A DNA stretch of 64,000 nucleotides from an uncultured Acidobacteriota bacterium (lineage in GTDB: Bacteria; Acidobacteriota; Thermoanaerobaculia; Multivoradales; JAHEKO01): the NCBI GenBank assembly GCA_963713825.1, contig CAVQNG010000003.1:608001-672000 (forward strand), read 5' to 3'. Shown piece after piece: positions 9,300 to 20,777 of this stretch; position 1 is the first letter of the stretch, and every line of letters begins with the position of its first letter. Both the position numbers and the translations under genes were made by a program. A model generated the notes under the pieces. The model did no database searches, had not been told where the DNA came from, and worked only from the letters and a program-made list of their open reading frames with translations.

Positions 9300-10418
9300 A
9301 TGTCCGACCCCCGTCACACCAAGCTGTCCGAGATCCTGGTCCACTACTCCTGCGAACTGAAGGAGGGAGACAAGGTCCTCATCGAGGCCGTCGACATCCC
9401 GCACGCCTTCACCACCGAGCTCATCCGTGCCGCTAGCGAGGCCGGAGCCCAGCCCTTCGTGACGCTCAAGAACCAGTCGGTCTGGCGAGCGTTGCAGCTG
9501 GCTGGCAGCGAGCCGCAGATGCAGCTCATCGCCGAGATCGAAGCCAAACGCATGGCGGAAATGGATGCCTACATCGGTGTGCGGGGCACCGACAATGTCT
9601 CCGAGTGGTCCGACATCCCGACTGACAAGATGGGTCTCTATGAGTCCAACGTCTGGAAGAAGGTCCACATCGACATCCGCGTACCCGACACCCGGTGGGT
9701 CGTGCTGCGTTGGCCCAGCCCTTCGATGGCGCAGCTGGCTCAGATGTCGACGGAGAGCTTCGAGAACTTCTACTTCGACGTCTGCAACATCGACTACGCC
9801 CGCATGTCGAAGGCCATGCAGCCGCTCAAGGAGCTCATGGATGCGACTGACAAGGTCCGCCTGGTAGCGCCGGGCACAGATCTGAGCTTTAGCCTGAAAG
9901 ACATCCCGGCAGTCTGCTGCGACGGGCACCGCAATGTGCCGGACGGCGAGGTCTTCACCGCCCCGGTTCGGGACAGCATCAACGGCACCATCCAGTACAA
10001 CACCCCGACTCTCTACCAGGGAGTGACCCACGAGGACATTCGCTTCGAGTTCAAGGATGGCAAGATCGTCGCCGCCTCGAGCAACCAGACCGAGCACCTC
10101 GAGAAGGTCCTCGATACCGACGACGGCTCACGCTACGTCGGCGAGTTCGCCATCGGCTTCCACCCCAGAATCGTCCGGCCCATGAAAGACATCCTGTTCG
10201 ACGAGAAGATCGCCGGCTCGATCCACTTGACTCCGGGGCAGGCCTACAAGGAGGCCTGGAACGGCAACTCCAGTCAGATCCACTGGGACCTGGTGCTGCT
10301 GATGGATCCGGAAGCAGGCGGCGGCGAGATCTGGTTCGACGACAAACTGATCCGCCAAGACGGCGAGTTCGTAACGCCTGAGCTCGAGGGCCTCAACCCA
10401 GATCAGCTGGGTGCCTGA
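9300..10418 (+). CDS. Aminopeptidase, peptidase M29 (AmpS/PepS/AmpT) family
   Basis: NVPDGEVFTAP, VGEFAIG, DILFDEKIAGSIHLTPGQAY and IHWDLV motifs; GAGGAG RBS. Confidence 0.92.
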   Translation: MSDPRHTKLSEILVHYSCELKEGDKVLIEAVDIPHAFTTELIRAASEAGAQPFVTLKNQSVWRALQLAGSEPQMQLIAEIEAKRMAEMDAYIGVRGTDNVSEWSDIPTDKMGLYESNVWKKVHIDIRVPDTRWVVLRWPSPSMAQLAQMSTESFENFYFDVCNIDYARMSKAMQPLKELMDATDKVRLVAPGTDLSFSLKDIPAVCCDGHRNVPDGEVFTAPVRDSINGTIQYNTPTLYQGVTHEDIRFEFKDGKIVAASSNQTEHLEKVLDTDDGSRYVGEFAIGFHPRIVRPMKDILFDEKIAGSIHLTPGQAYKEAWNGNSSQIHWDLVLLMDPEAGGGEIWFDDKLIRQDGEFVTPELEGLNPDQLGA

Positions 10419-10496
10419 TCACTCGACAACTCGTCCTTGAAGTCCAGCAGGCCTTGCCACTTCTCGGATAAAATGCCCGCGTCCTAGGGGGGATTC

Positions 10497-12248
<1,752 letters not shown>

Positions 12249-12269
12249 GAATCAGAAGAAGCTCGAGCC

Positions 12270-12815
12270 ATGAAACGCATCGCCTACTTCCTCATCACCG
12301 TCAGCTTTCTGGCGGCGGCCTATTTCTCGGTGATCGACCCCGATCTGGTGCCCTGGCCGCAGGTGATCCCCGCTCTGCTCGTCGGACTGGCGGGTGTCGC
12401 CATGATCCAGCTCAGCGCTCGCAGCAAAGAGAGAGCTGTAGACACCGTGCGGTCCAATATCGGCAAGCTCGAGGAGAGCCTGTCGAATATCGTCGCCAAC
12501 GCGATTCAACTCGACGAGGCCAAGGATGGCATCGATCCCTACGAGATCCGGCACCGCATCGACGATCTGTTTATGGACGACCTGGACACCTTCGTTCAGA
12601 ACCGCGAGAGCATCAGCCACGCATTCGGCCTGCAGGCCTACGCCAACGTCATGACGAGCTTCGCCACCGGCGAGCGTTACCTCAATCGTTGCTGGTCCGC
12701 TTCGACCGACGGCTACATCGACGAAGTCCACACCTATCTGACCCGCGCCAAGATCCAGTTCGAGGAAGCTCTCGAACTGCTGCGCACCCACACCGGCACC
12801 GCATCTGAGGGTTGA
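12270..12815 (+). CDS. Hypothetical protein with two N-terminal TM helices
   Basis: 181 aa directly after the OPT gene; conserved-looking FATGERYLNRCWSASTDGY; the stop codon lies inside a repeat. Confidence 0.8.
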   Translation: MKRIAYFLITVSFLAAAYFSVIDPDLVPWPQVIPALLVGLAGVAMIQLSARSKERAVDTVRSNIGKLEESLSNIVANAIQLDEAKDGIDPYEIRHRIDDLFMDDLDTFVQNRESISHAFGLQAYANVMTSFATGERYLNRCWSASTDGYIDEVHTYLTRAKIQFEEALELLRTHTGTASEG

Positions 12816-13077
12816 GGCATCCGGTGCGCTGCACCGACTGACCCTTGAGGGCTTGGGTCCTGGGCCCTGAACAGATGACCTTCTTCTCGTAGAGGTCCGG
12901 CCGGGTGGTCCGCAGAAGGCAATAGGGGCGTAGGGGCTTAAGGGCGTAAGGGACGATCCCAAGGACACAGGCCATCAGTTCCCCCAAGCCCCAAAGGCCG
13001 GCCGACACGGAGTGTGGCCGGTTCAACCCCTAAGCCCTCAAAGATCCTCCGGAAGGTACGACCGGACGCCTCAACCC
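12806..13077. repeat. Composite repeat cluster (reverse linker-hairpin unit, GTCCGGCCGGGTGGTCCGCAG module, CCCCTACG-type tract, forward 100-bp unit)
   Basis: Modules match those at 3641, 8884, 9000, 14204 and 48514. Confidence 0.8.
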
Positions 13078-13122
13078 CAGGCCAGAGGGCCTCCGCCTGA
13101 GGCCCTCGGCTAAAATGCCCCC

Positions 13123-14184
13123 ATGAATTACGACCTACAAGCTCTGATGGAACGATGGGACGGCCTCTCAGTCGTTTGCCGATTTGACCACCCGACCCAA
13201 ACATGGGTCTTCATCTGCATGCACGACAACACCCTCGGGCCCTGCATGGGGGGTACCCGCATCAAGGTCTACTCCAAACCCGGAGAGGGCCTTTTGGACG
13301 CCATGCGGCTGGCGGAGGGAATGACGAACAAATGGGCCGCGATCGATGTCGCAGCAGGAGGCGGCAAGGCAGTTCTGGCAGTGGAGAGGCCTTTGGAAGG
13401 TGAAGAACGGCGAGGGCTCCTACTGCGCTACGGAAGGCTCATTCAATCGCTAGGCGGTGGGTTCCGAACCGGCGAAGATATGGGCACCTCGTCCGAAGAC
13501 ATGCAGGTGATTGCCGAAGAGGCCGACTACGTGCATGGCTTCCACCCCGAGGACGGCACCAAGGTAGACCCCAGCCCCTATACTGCCCGGGCGGTATTTG
13601 CCGGAATCCGCAGTGCTGTGGCGCAGGTCTTCGAGGGAGAAACGCTACGAGGTCGAACGGTTTTGATCCAGGGAGTAGGTAGCGTTGGCGCCAATCTGGG
13701 ACTCTTTCTGAAGGAGGCCGGCGCAGAGCTGCTGGTCAGCGATATCGATGCGCCACGCTGTCAGCGCGTCGCCGATCAACTCGAGGCACAGTTCGTACCC
13801 AACAGTGAGGTCTACGCAACACCCTGCGATGTCTACGCTCCCTGCGCCGTGGGCGCAACTCTCAACCCAGAGACCGTTCCTCAGTTGCAGTGTCGCATCG
13901 TCGCCGGCTCGGCCAACAACCAACTCGCGACCCCCGCCGACGCAATGCGATTGTTGGAACGAGGCATCGTCTACGTTCCCGACTACATCATCAATGCCGG
14001 GGGTGCTTTGGCCTTCTCATTTCTCGACAAGAAGTTTGGCAACACCGACGCTCTGCTCGAGAAGATGGACGTGGTCGGTGTCTCCGTCACCGAGATCCTG
14101 CAGGAAGCTGCTTCCAAGAACGAGTCGCCGGTCGTTGCAGCGCAGCATCGCGTCGACCGCACCCTCGCCAAGGCACGCACCTAG
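13123..14184 (+). CDS. Leu/Phe/Val dehydrogenase
   Basis: LGPCMGGTR, GMTNK, GGGKAV, GEDMGT, IQGVGSVG, PCAVG, GSANNQL and PDYIINAGG motifs. Confidence 0.92.
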   Translation: MNYDLQALMERWDGLSVVCRFDHPTQTWVFICMHDNTLGPCMGGTRIKVYSKPGEGLLDAMRLAEGMTNKWAAIDVAAGGGKAVLAVERPLEGEERRGLLLRYGRLIQSLGGGFRTGEDMGTSSEDMQVIAEEADYVHGFHPEDGTKVDPSPYTARAVFAGIRSAVAQVFEGETLRGRTVLIQGVGSVGANLGLFLKEAGAELLVSDIDAPRCQRVADQLEAQFVPNSEVYATPCDVYAPCAVGATLNPETVPQLQCRIVAGSANNQLATPADAMRLLERGIVYVPDYIINAGGALAFSFLDKKFGNTDALLEKMDVVGVSVTEILQEAASKNESPVVAAQHRVDRTLAKART

Positions 14185-14203
14185 ATCTGACCAACCACCT
14201 GCA

Positions 14204-14364
14204 GAGACCCGTCCGGATGGCCCGCAAAGGGACGGCGTCGGCCGCTTCAAGACCTCAGGACCCGGGTCCCAAGCCCTCGAAGACAGGCCGGAGGTACGAA
14301 CGGCTACCTCAACCCCCAAGCCCTCAAAGAATGCCCGGCGGTGAGCCGGGCGCCTCAACCCTCA
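14204..14364 (+). repeat. Linker-plus-hairpin intergenic repeat, copy E
   Basis: CCGTCCGGATGGCCCGCAAAGGGACGGCGTCGG module, then CCCAAGCCCTCGAAGA-hairpin-CCTCAACCCCCAAGCCCTCAAAGAA-TGCCCGGCGGTGAGCCGGGCG-CCTCAACCCTCA. Confidence 0.85.
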
Positions 14365-15773
14365 GGGAGGGTGGGAGGGAGTCTGTCGCCCCAGACTTCT
14401 GTGTCGGGGTAGAAGCCGTACCAGCCGAACCAGAACGCGACGTGCCCCGGCAGGCGCTTCAGTGGCGCCACCGATCCGCCGCCGTTCGTCAACGTCAGCG
14501 CTTCCTCGGTCAGACTCCATATCCTACCTTTGTCGTCTGCCAACTGGTCGTCTTCATTCCAGCGGAAGCTCCTCTCGCCCCTCTCGTATGCCCTGATCGA
14601 GCCGCTCCTGGAGTCGGCCACCAGCACAACAGGCAAATCGCCGACCACCTCGTTGACGACTTCCGCCGCGAGCGCGGCCTCCACCACGAAGGCCTTGGCG
14701 CGCCCACCGAAACGAAGGACGTAGACCTCGGTGTTGCGTTCCAACCGATTGCTCTTCTTCCACACGGGAAAGGAGACACCGGTCCGCGCCTCATCGGCAG
14801 CCCCGGGCTGGTAGTCGAACGGATAGTAGAAAGCGAGCGGTTCCAGATCCAACACCGTCGTCGTCGGATGGCGCCATCGCCACTCACCCCAGGTGGTCAG
14901 AGTCAGTGGCAGGACTTCGAGCCCGACCGGATCCTCCGCCAGTTTGCCGACAACCGGCTCGCCAGTCAGGTTGCTCCAGAGGGACTCCGTCTCGTGGTCG
15001 AACATGAGCTTGTTGCTGCGATAGAGCAGGCCAGAGGTGCCGAAGACGATTCGCCCTCCATCGGCCCGCCGCGTGCGAAACAGCACTCCTGACCGGCAGA
15101 GGGTGCAGTAGGACAGCGCTACAGGCTCCCCTCCAATCTCGTCGTTGAGCAGCTCGTGCCAATCCATGATCCGCAGAGGGTAGGCGCGGTACTCACCCTC
15201 GACTGAGGCTCCGAAGACGAGCTCCCCGTCACCGAGATACTCGGCTTCACCGGCGGGGATCGTGTCGGGGTTCATGAGCGTCGGGATCTCGTCGACCCTG
15301 ACGCCGCCCCAGACGACCTCAGTCAGCCGGACTCGCGCTGGAGCGTCTTCGTAGAGGATCTCCGTGTAGCGGGGATCGATGCGCGACAGCAGCTTCGCCT
15401 TGAACTGGGCGTAGCCGTCAAGGGGCTCGATCTCCGGATGCGCACCCACCCATTCCACCCAGTCGAAGTAGCGCACTCCGAGATTGGCGCCCGTGAGGGC
15501 CTCGAGCACCTCGAGCGCCTCGGCACGCTGCTGCCGCGGAATGAAGAACAGGCTGTCCACCAGACCGGGTACGAGGGCAGGATCGCCAGCCTCGATAAGA
15601 GCCTTCTGGGCCTTCTTGCGCTGTTTCCTCTTCTCGGACTGGAGTTCTTGGACCGTGTCATAGCCCACAGCCTCCAAGTCTGCGGCAACAACCGCACCCA
15701 CCGGTACCAGCAGCAGGACCGCACCAAGAGCGGCGGACCAGCCCATGGTGCGGAAAGTCAGAGCCTGATCCAT
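14355..15773 (-). CDS. DUF3179 domain protein with N-terminal helical (HEAT-like) region, probably secreted
   Basis: WGGV..DEIP, RAYPLRIMDWHELLND, YCTLCRSG, FGTSGLLYRSNKLMFD and FWFGWYGFYPDT motifs; start uncertain (15791/15773/15746). Confidence 0.85.
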   Translation of the reverse strand: MDQALTFRTMGWSAALGAVLLLVPVGAVVAADLEAVGYDTVQELQSEKRKQRKKAQKALIEAGDPALVPGLVDSLFFIPRQQRAEALEVLEALTGANLGVRYFDWVEWVGAHPEIEPLDGYAQFKAKLLSRIDPRYTEILYEDAPARVRLTEVVWGGVRVDEIPTLMNPDTIPAGEAEYLGDGELVFGASVEGEYRAYPLRIMDWHELLNDEIGGEPVALSYCTLCRSGVLFRTRRADGGRIVFGTSGLLYRSNKLMFDHETESLWSNLTGEPVVGKLAEDPVGLEVLPLTLTTWGEWRWRHPTTTVLDLEPLAFYYPFDYQPGAADEARTGVSFPVWKKSNRLERNTEVYVLRFGGRAKAFVVEAALAAEVVNEVVGDLPVVLVADSRSGSIRAYERGERSFRWNEDDQLADDKGRIWSLTEEALTLTNGGGSVAPLKRLPGHVAFWFGWYGFYPDTEVWGDRLPPTLPEG

Positions 15774-15797
15774 AGAGAGCCCCACCTTCACCAGCCC

Positions 15798-16316
15798 CTA
15801 GAACCAGGGCCTCGTCGGCTCCTCGAGGATCTCCAGCAATTCCACGAAGTCGATCTTCCAGTCGCCTTCCTGCTCCACCCAATCGATTCTGAACCGGTAG
15901 GCCTCCCTGCCTGTGATGTCTCGGGCCTTGGTCACAAAGTCCGCGATCAGGTAGGTGGAGGCTCGTCGATGTTCCTCGTCGACCGTCAACTCCTTGTCCC
16001 GAACCCGCATGGCGATGGCCTGGCTGAAGGAGCGGTACTGATGGACTCCAGCCGCCAGCCGCTGTCGATCGCGGGTGTAGAAGTCGAATCCCTCGGCGCG
16101 AAACTCGAAACTGTCAGCGAACATCTCGCTAATGTTGCGTGCCTTGCCCAACCCCACGAGATCACTCTCACCCGGGGCCTTGGACACGATCTTCTGCATC
16201 CTCTTGATGCTCTTACCGATCTGGCGCTCGGGACTCACCCACCAGCGCACCGTCATCCAGCCAGCGATCACCAGCAAAGCCAGTGCCACCGTCGCCTGCA
16301 GTCTCTTGCGGCTCAA
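15798..16316 (-). CDS. Membrane-anchored NTF2/SnoaL-like hypothetical protein
   Basis: N-terminal TM helix; C-terminal ...WVEQEGDWKI strand typical of the NTF2-like fold. Confidence 0.65.
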   Translation of the reverse strand: MSRKRLQATVALALLVIAGWMTVRWWVSPERQIGKSIKRMQKIVSKAPGESDLVGLGKARNISEMFADSFEFRAEGFDFYTRDRQRLAAGVHQYRSFSQAIAMRVRDKELTVDEEHRRASTYLIADFVTKARDITGREAYRFRIDWVEQEGDWKIDFVELLEILEEPTRPWF

Positions 16317-16366
16317 AATGACGTCTTCCCTTCTTCGGGCTTCACCGGGCCACGCCCGGTATCAGA

Positions 16367-18136
16367 TCAGCCCGCCACTCCCTGGTTTTCGATCAGAGCG
16401 TCGATCTGGTCCTCCAGCACCGTCAGGGGAACCGGACCGTTCATGAGAATGACCTCGTGGAACTCGCGAATGTCGAAGTTCTCCCCGAGCGCCTCCTCGG
16501 CACGCTGCCGGAGCTCGCGGATCTTGATCTCCCCCATCTTGTAGGCCAGGGCCTGCCCTGGCCAGGAGATATAGCGATCGGTTTCGGTCGTGATCTCGTG
16601 CAATGACAGCGCGGTGTTCTCCGCCAAAAAGTCCAAGCCCTGTTGCCGACTCCAGCCGAGGTAGTGCATCCCTGTATCGACGACCAGGCGGGCGGCTCGC
16701 CACATTTCGTAGGTCAGACGACCGAAGTGCTCGTAGGGGGTGTTGTACATCCCGGCTTCGACACCGAGCTTCTCGCAATAGAGGCCCCAGCCTTCACCAT
16801 AGGCGTTGATGCCAGAGAAACGACGGAAGTTCGGCAGATCCTCCAGCTCCTGGCGCAAGGCGTTCTGCAGGTGATGCCCCGGAACGGCTTCATGGAGCGT
16901 CAGTGCCGGTAGCGCCCACAGCGGGCGGCTTTCGAGGGCATAGGTGTTGACCCAGTAGTAGCCCGGCTGAGTGCTGCCGAGGGGGGCCCCAACGTAGCGA
17001 CCTGCCGTGTACTTCGGTGCGATGTGCTCCGGCACCGGCGCCACACCATAAGGCAGCCGTGGCAGGGTCTTGAAGTAGGTGGGCAGCTTGCCATCCATGG
17101 TCTTGGCGATGAAGGAGGCCTCCTTCAGCAACTCCTCGGGCGTATCGACGAAGAACTGCGGGTCGGTGCGAAGGAAGTCGAGGAACTCTGCGAAGGTCCC
17201 CTCGAATCCGACCTCTTCGATGATCGCTTCCATTTCGGCACGGATTCGAGCCACCTCTGCCAAACCGGTGTCGTGGACCTCCTGGGGTGTGATGTCCAGC
17301 GTCGTGTGATGCCGAACCAGAAACTCGTAGTACTCGCGCCCGTTGGGTAGCTCGGAGGCACCGATGATCGGGCTGGCGCTGGGCACGTACTCGTCGAGAA
17401 TGAACCGATACCAGGCCCTATAGGCCGGAATTACGTCGTCGAGAATCGCCTCCTGCCCCGCTTGGCGCAGTCGCTCGTGCTCGGCTTCGGGCACCGAGTT
17501 GGGAAAGCTCTCGAACGGCTTCCAGAACACACTTTGACTCGTCTCCTCGACCAGATGGGGTTCGATGGTGCTCTCGTAGCCCTCCAGCACGACTCGCGGC
17601 AGCACATAGCCGTTCGCAATCCCCTCCCGCATGATGTCGATGTGCTGCTCGGTGTAGAGCGGATAGGCGCGCAGGCGCGCAATGTAGTTCTCGTAGTCCT
17701 GAACCGTACGCAGGGGAACGCGCTCCGGAAGCCGGGCGAATCCCGTGTGGAAGCCCGATTCCGCGGTGATGGGTATCAGGTACTCCTTGAACTCGAACCC
17801 GGTGAGCCAATCGCTCAGCCGACGCTCGAACATGTCGTAGTTGATCTTCTCGGCGGCGTCGAGCCCCTCTCGATCGATGGCGTGAAGCCGGTCGAGCACA
17901 CCCTGGTAGTACTCGGCTCGCCGCTCCTCGTCCTCGATCGACAGCGAGGGCAATTGGTCGTCGTAGTCGTGGAGCCCGACGGCCGTCGCCCACAAGGGGT
18001 TCTCCCGCATCTGGAAATCCCACGCCTCGTCGAACAGGGCATGCAACTCGTCGACCGAGGTTTCCTCCGGAGGCGCCGCGCACGCGACAACCATGACGGT
18101 GGTGCAGATCAAGCCTGCGAAAAGAAGCTGTTTCAT
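16367..18136 (-). CDS. DUF885 family lipoprotein (putative metallopeptidase)
   Basis: Lipobox VVAC; HEAVPGHHLQ, EGWGLYCE, RAARLVVDTGMH and PGQALAYKMG motifs. Confidence 0.92.
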   Translation of the reverse strand: MKQLLFAGLICTTVMVVACAAPPEETSVDELHALFDEAWDFQMRENPLWATAVGLHDYDDQLPSLSIEDEERRAEYYQGVLDRLHAIDREGLDAAEKINYDMFERRLSDWLTGFEFKEYLIPITAESGFHTGFARLPERVPLRTVQDYENYIARLRAYPLYTEQHIDIMREGIANGYVLPRVVLEGYESTIEPHLVEETSQSVFWKPFESFPNSVPEAEHERLRQAGQEAILDDVIPAYRAWYRFILDEYVPSASPIIGASELPNGREYYEFLVRHHTTLDITPQEVHDTGLAEVARIRAEMEAIIEEVGFEGTFAEFLDFLRTDPQFFVDTPEELLKEASFIAKTMDGKLPTYFKTLPRLPYGVAPVPEHIAPKYTAGRYVGAPLGSTQPGYYWVNTYALESRPLWALPALTLHEAVPGHHLQNALRQELEDLPNFRRFSGINAYGEGWGLYCEKLGVEAGMYNTPYEHFGRLTYEMWRAARLVVDTGMHYLGWSRQQGLDFLAENTALSLHEITTETDRYISWPGQALAYKMGEIKIRELRQRAEEALGENFDIREFHEVILMNGPVPLTVLEDQIDALIENQGVAG

Positions 18137-18273
18137 CGGACTCCCCCCAAGAGTGACGGCCCGATTGGGCCAGTATGAACCGCGTTGACTCGAGGATCCT
18201 ACAACAGAGCCGGCCAGTCGCTAACGCTATACTGCGAGGCTCGAAAGCAACCGCTGAAGCGAAGGAGAAGCGC

Positions 18274-19242
18274 ATGATCTACGACAACATCCTGCAGGTC
18301 GTCGGCAACACGCCGGTCGTCAAGCTACACCGTGTCGGAGCCGAAAGCCCTGCCGAGCTCTACGCGAAGTGTGAATTCCTCAATCCCGGAGGTTCCATCA
18401 AAGATCGCATCGCGGTCCGCATGGTCGAAGGACTCGAGGAATCCGGCCGATTGGGGCCCGGCACAACGCTCATCGAGCCCACTAGCGGAAATACCGGCGC
18501 CGGACTCGCAATGACGGCGGCAGTCAAGGGCTATCCACTGATCATCACCATGCCTGAAAAGATGAGTCAGGAAAAGCAGGTGGTCATGGAGGCTCTCGGG
18601 GCGGAGATCATCCGAACCCCCACGGAGGCGGCACATGACGACCCGGAGAGCCTCCTGGGCGTGGCGAAGCGCCTCAACGACGAGATCGCAGATTCGGTCA
18701 TCCCCGATCAGTACGAGAATCCGGACAATCCCGACGCGCACTACTATGGAACCGGGGCCGAGATCTGGGAGGATTTCGGCGCATCCCTCGATATGGTGGT
18801 CATCACCGCCGGTACCGGAGGGACCATCACTGGAGTGGCGCGTTACTTGAAAGAGAAGAACCCCGAGATTCTCGTTGTGGGTGTCGACCCGGAGGGCTCG
18901 ATCCTGGGCGGTAGAGAGGATGTCTTCACCTACCAAGTCGAGGGCATCGGCTACGACTTCATTCCTGGAGTGCTGGATAGGGACCTTGTCGATCGCTGGA
19001 TCTACGTCAGCGATCAGGACAGCTTCCGGATGGCCCGACGCCTCATTCAGGAGGAAGGTCTATTGGTCGGGGGAAGCTCCGGTTCCGCCATCTGGGCGAC
19101 CCTGGAAGCCGTCAAACTCTACCCGGAAGCAAAGAAGGTGCTGACGCTCCTACCCGATTCGATCCGCAACTACCTGACCAAATTCGTCAGTGACGACTGG
19201 ATGCAGCAGCAGGGATTTCTGGAGTCGGACTCCGAGACCTGA
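18274..19242 (+). CDS. PLP-dependent cysteine synthase / cystathionine beta-synthase family enzyme
   Basis: GNTPVV, KCEFLNPGGSIKDR, EPTSGNTG, GTGGT and YQVEGIGYDF motifs; AAGGAG RBS before ATG 18274. Confidence 0.92.
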   Translation: MIYDNILQVVGNTPVVKLHRVGAESPAELYAKCEFLNPGGSIKDRIAVRMVEGLEESGRLGPGTTLIEPTSGNTGAGLAMTAAVKGYPLIITMPEKMSQEKQVVMEALGAEIIRTPTEAAHDDPESLLGVAKRLNDEIADSVIPDQYENPDNPDAHYYGTGAEIWEDFGASLDMVVITAGTGGTITGVARYLKEKNPEILVVGVDPEGSILGGREDVFTYQVEGIGYDFIPGVLDRDLVDRWIYVSDQDSFRMARRLIQEEGLLVGGSSGSAIWATLEAVKLYPEAKKVLTLLPDSIRNYLTKFVSDDWMQQQGFLESDSET

Positions 19243-19257
19243 TTCTCGGGCGTCGCT

Positions 19258-20172
19258 CTACTCCGAGATCGGCAGACAGGGGTCCCCCACCTGCCCATCG
19301 AGCTTTTCGAGCGCTCGATCGACCAGAGCCTCGTTCATGCCGCTGGCAGAGTAGGGCCTGCCCTTCCAGCCAGTACCGCCGGAGACCTTCTTCTTCCAGG
19401 CCAGGACCCCCTCCGGCGTGTAACACTCGACAAGGACCTTGGCAAGACTCTCGAAATTCGACGTGACAAGAAGCAGACTGTTGGCGCCTTCCTCTTCGAC
19501 GTGCCGCAGCAGCGCTGGAATCACCATCGTGGACTTCTCGACCACCGGCACTCCCTTGGTGGCGGACTCGGCTGCAACTCCTCGTGACTGCAGATGCTCG
19601 ATAACGACCTCTGCCGCCCTTTGAGCACCGTCGTAGGGCTTGCCGCGCCCCGCAACCAGGACGAGGTTCGCACGTGCGGGTTGCTGTTCGGGGGCGACGG
19701 GCGCTGCTGGCTCCGCTTCCTCCACGGGTTGGGAAGCGACCGCCTCGGTCGACACTTCAACCGGCGTCGTTGCCGGAGCAGGGGCTGTCGTTTCGGCCTC
19801 GATTGGAGCTCTGACCTTTTCGGGTTCTGGCACCGTCGATCGTGCCTCGTTCAGGTCCGTGGCCAGCGATCGTTTGGTTCTGGCCTCTGCCGCTTCCGGT
19901 GAATCCGGGAAATCGCTGATCAGCCTGTCCCACACAGCAGCCGCCAGCTCCAAATCACCTTTGTCGACCGCGATCATCCCAACGAGATCCAGCGCCTGAG
20001 CCCTGACCGCACCATCCGTTTCCAGGGCCAGAATCTCGATGAGGACCTCCCGAGCCGCGAGCTCGTCACCCTTTTGATAGAGCTGGCGAGCCTCTTCCAC
20101 AGAGGTCGCCTGGACCAGGGCAGCAGCCGCCCAGAAAAGGGCCAGGATCACGAGAATCTTGCTTCTGGGCAT
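19258..20172 (-). CDS. Secreted TPR-like protein with a Pro/Ala-rich linker
   Basis: Signal peptide, TPR-like segment ending LISDFPDSPEA, low-complexity linker, C-terminal alpha/beta domain. Confidence 0.7.
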   Translation of the reverse strand: MPRSKILVILALFWAAAALVQATSVEEARQLYQKGDELAAREVLIEILALETDGAVRAQALDLVGMIAVDKGDLELAAAVWDRLISDFPDSPEAAEARTKRSLATDLNEARSTVPEPEKVRAPIEAETTAPAPATTPVEVSTEAVASQPVEEAEPAAPVAPEQQPARANLVLVAGRGKPYDGAQRAAEVVIEHLQSRGVAAESATKGVPVVEKSTMVIPALLRHVEEEGANSLLLVTSNFESLAKVLVECYTPEGVLAWKKKVSGGTGWKGRPYSASGMNEALVDRALEKLDGQVGDPCLPISE

Positions 20173-20247
20173 ACAGTGTCTCCTCTGTCGCCCTGAGTAT
20201 ACGCGCGCCAGCAAGGCGGAGACCGCTTCTGCTGTCCGGCAGCTGGA

Positions 20248-20634
20248 CTAGGAAAACGACACGTTCTGGGTAGCGGCCGTTACCACGAAGACCTTCTCGT
20301 TGTTGCTGTCTGGGTCGGAGGGAAAGACGAAAAAGCCAGCCCGGTCTGGCGAATAGCCCGACGTGTAGCCGATCAACTCCTCGCCGTCTTTGAACTTGAC
20401 CTGAATCCGCTTGCCGAGTCCTGCCCTTTCTAGGTCCTTGCGCTCATGATGAGCCGGATTACCCTCGAAGGTCTTGACGAAGAAGATGCCTTTGAGGTCG
20501 GAAACCTCAATCTCGCGGGTCTCGCTCGAGGTCTTCTCGGCCAGGTGAAACGACGGTTTGTTGGGGAAGAAATCAGTCGCAAAGCCCTTCACGAGCCTGC
20601 CGTCAACAAAGTGGACGACGACCTGAAATTGCAT
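20248..20634 (-). CDS. DUF6982-like protein (internally duplicated domain)
   Basis: VVVHFVDGRLVKG...LKGIFFVKTFEG and IQVKFKDGEELIGYT...GFFVFPSDPDSNN; AGGAGG RBS. Confidence 0.75.
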   Translation of the reverse strand: MQFQVVVHFVDGRLVKGFATDFFPNKPSFHLAEKTSSETREIEVSDLKGIFFVKTFEGNPAHHERKDLERAGLGKRIQVKFKDGEELIGYTSGYSPDRAGFFVFPSDPDSNNEKVFVVTAATQNVSFS

Positions 20635-20777
20635 ATCGGACCTCCTTTCGAAACGCCTCGACTCTCTCGATTATGGACCTCGGCCGCTGTCGGGACTGTG
20701 ACCTGCACCACCGGGGCCGCGAGGAGGTTCGTCTGGGTGGTCCGCAGGGGGACGGCGAGATGAGAGACTGTCTCTCG

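Noticed and set aside
14355-15773. DUF3179 protein as a selenoprotein
   Set aside because: The motif is CTLC with ordinary Cys codons, and there is no in-frame UGA
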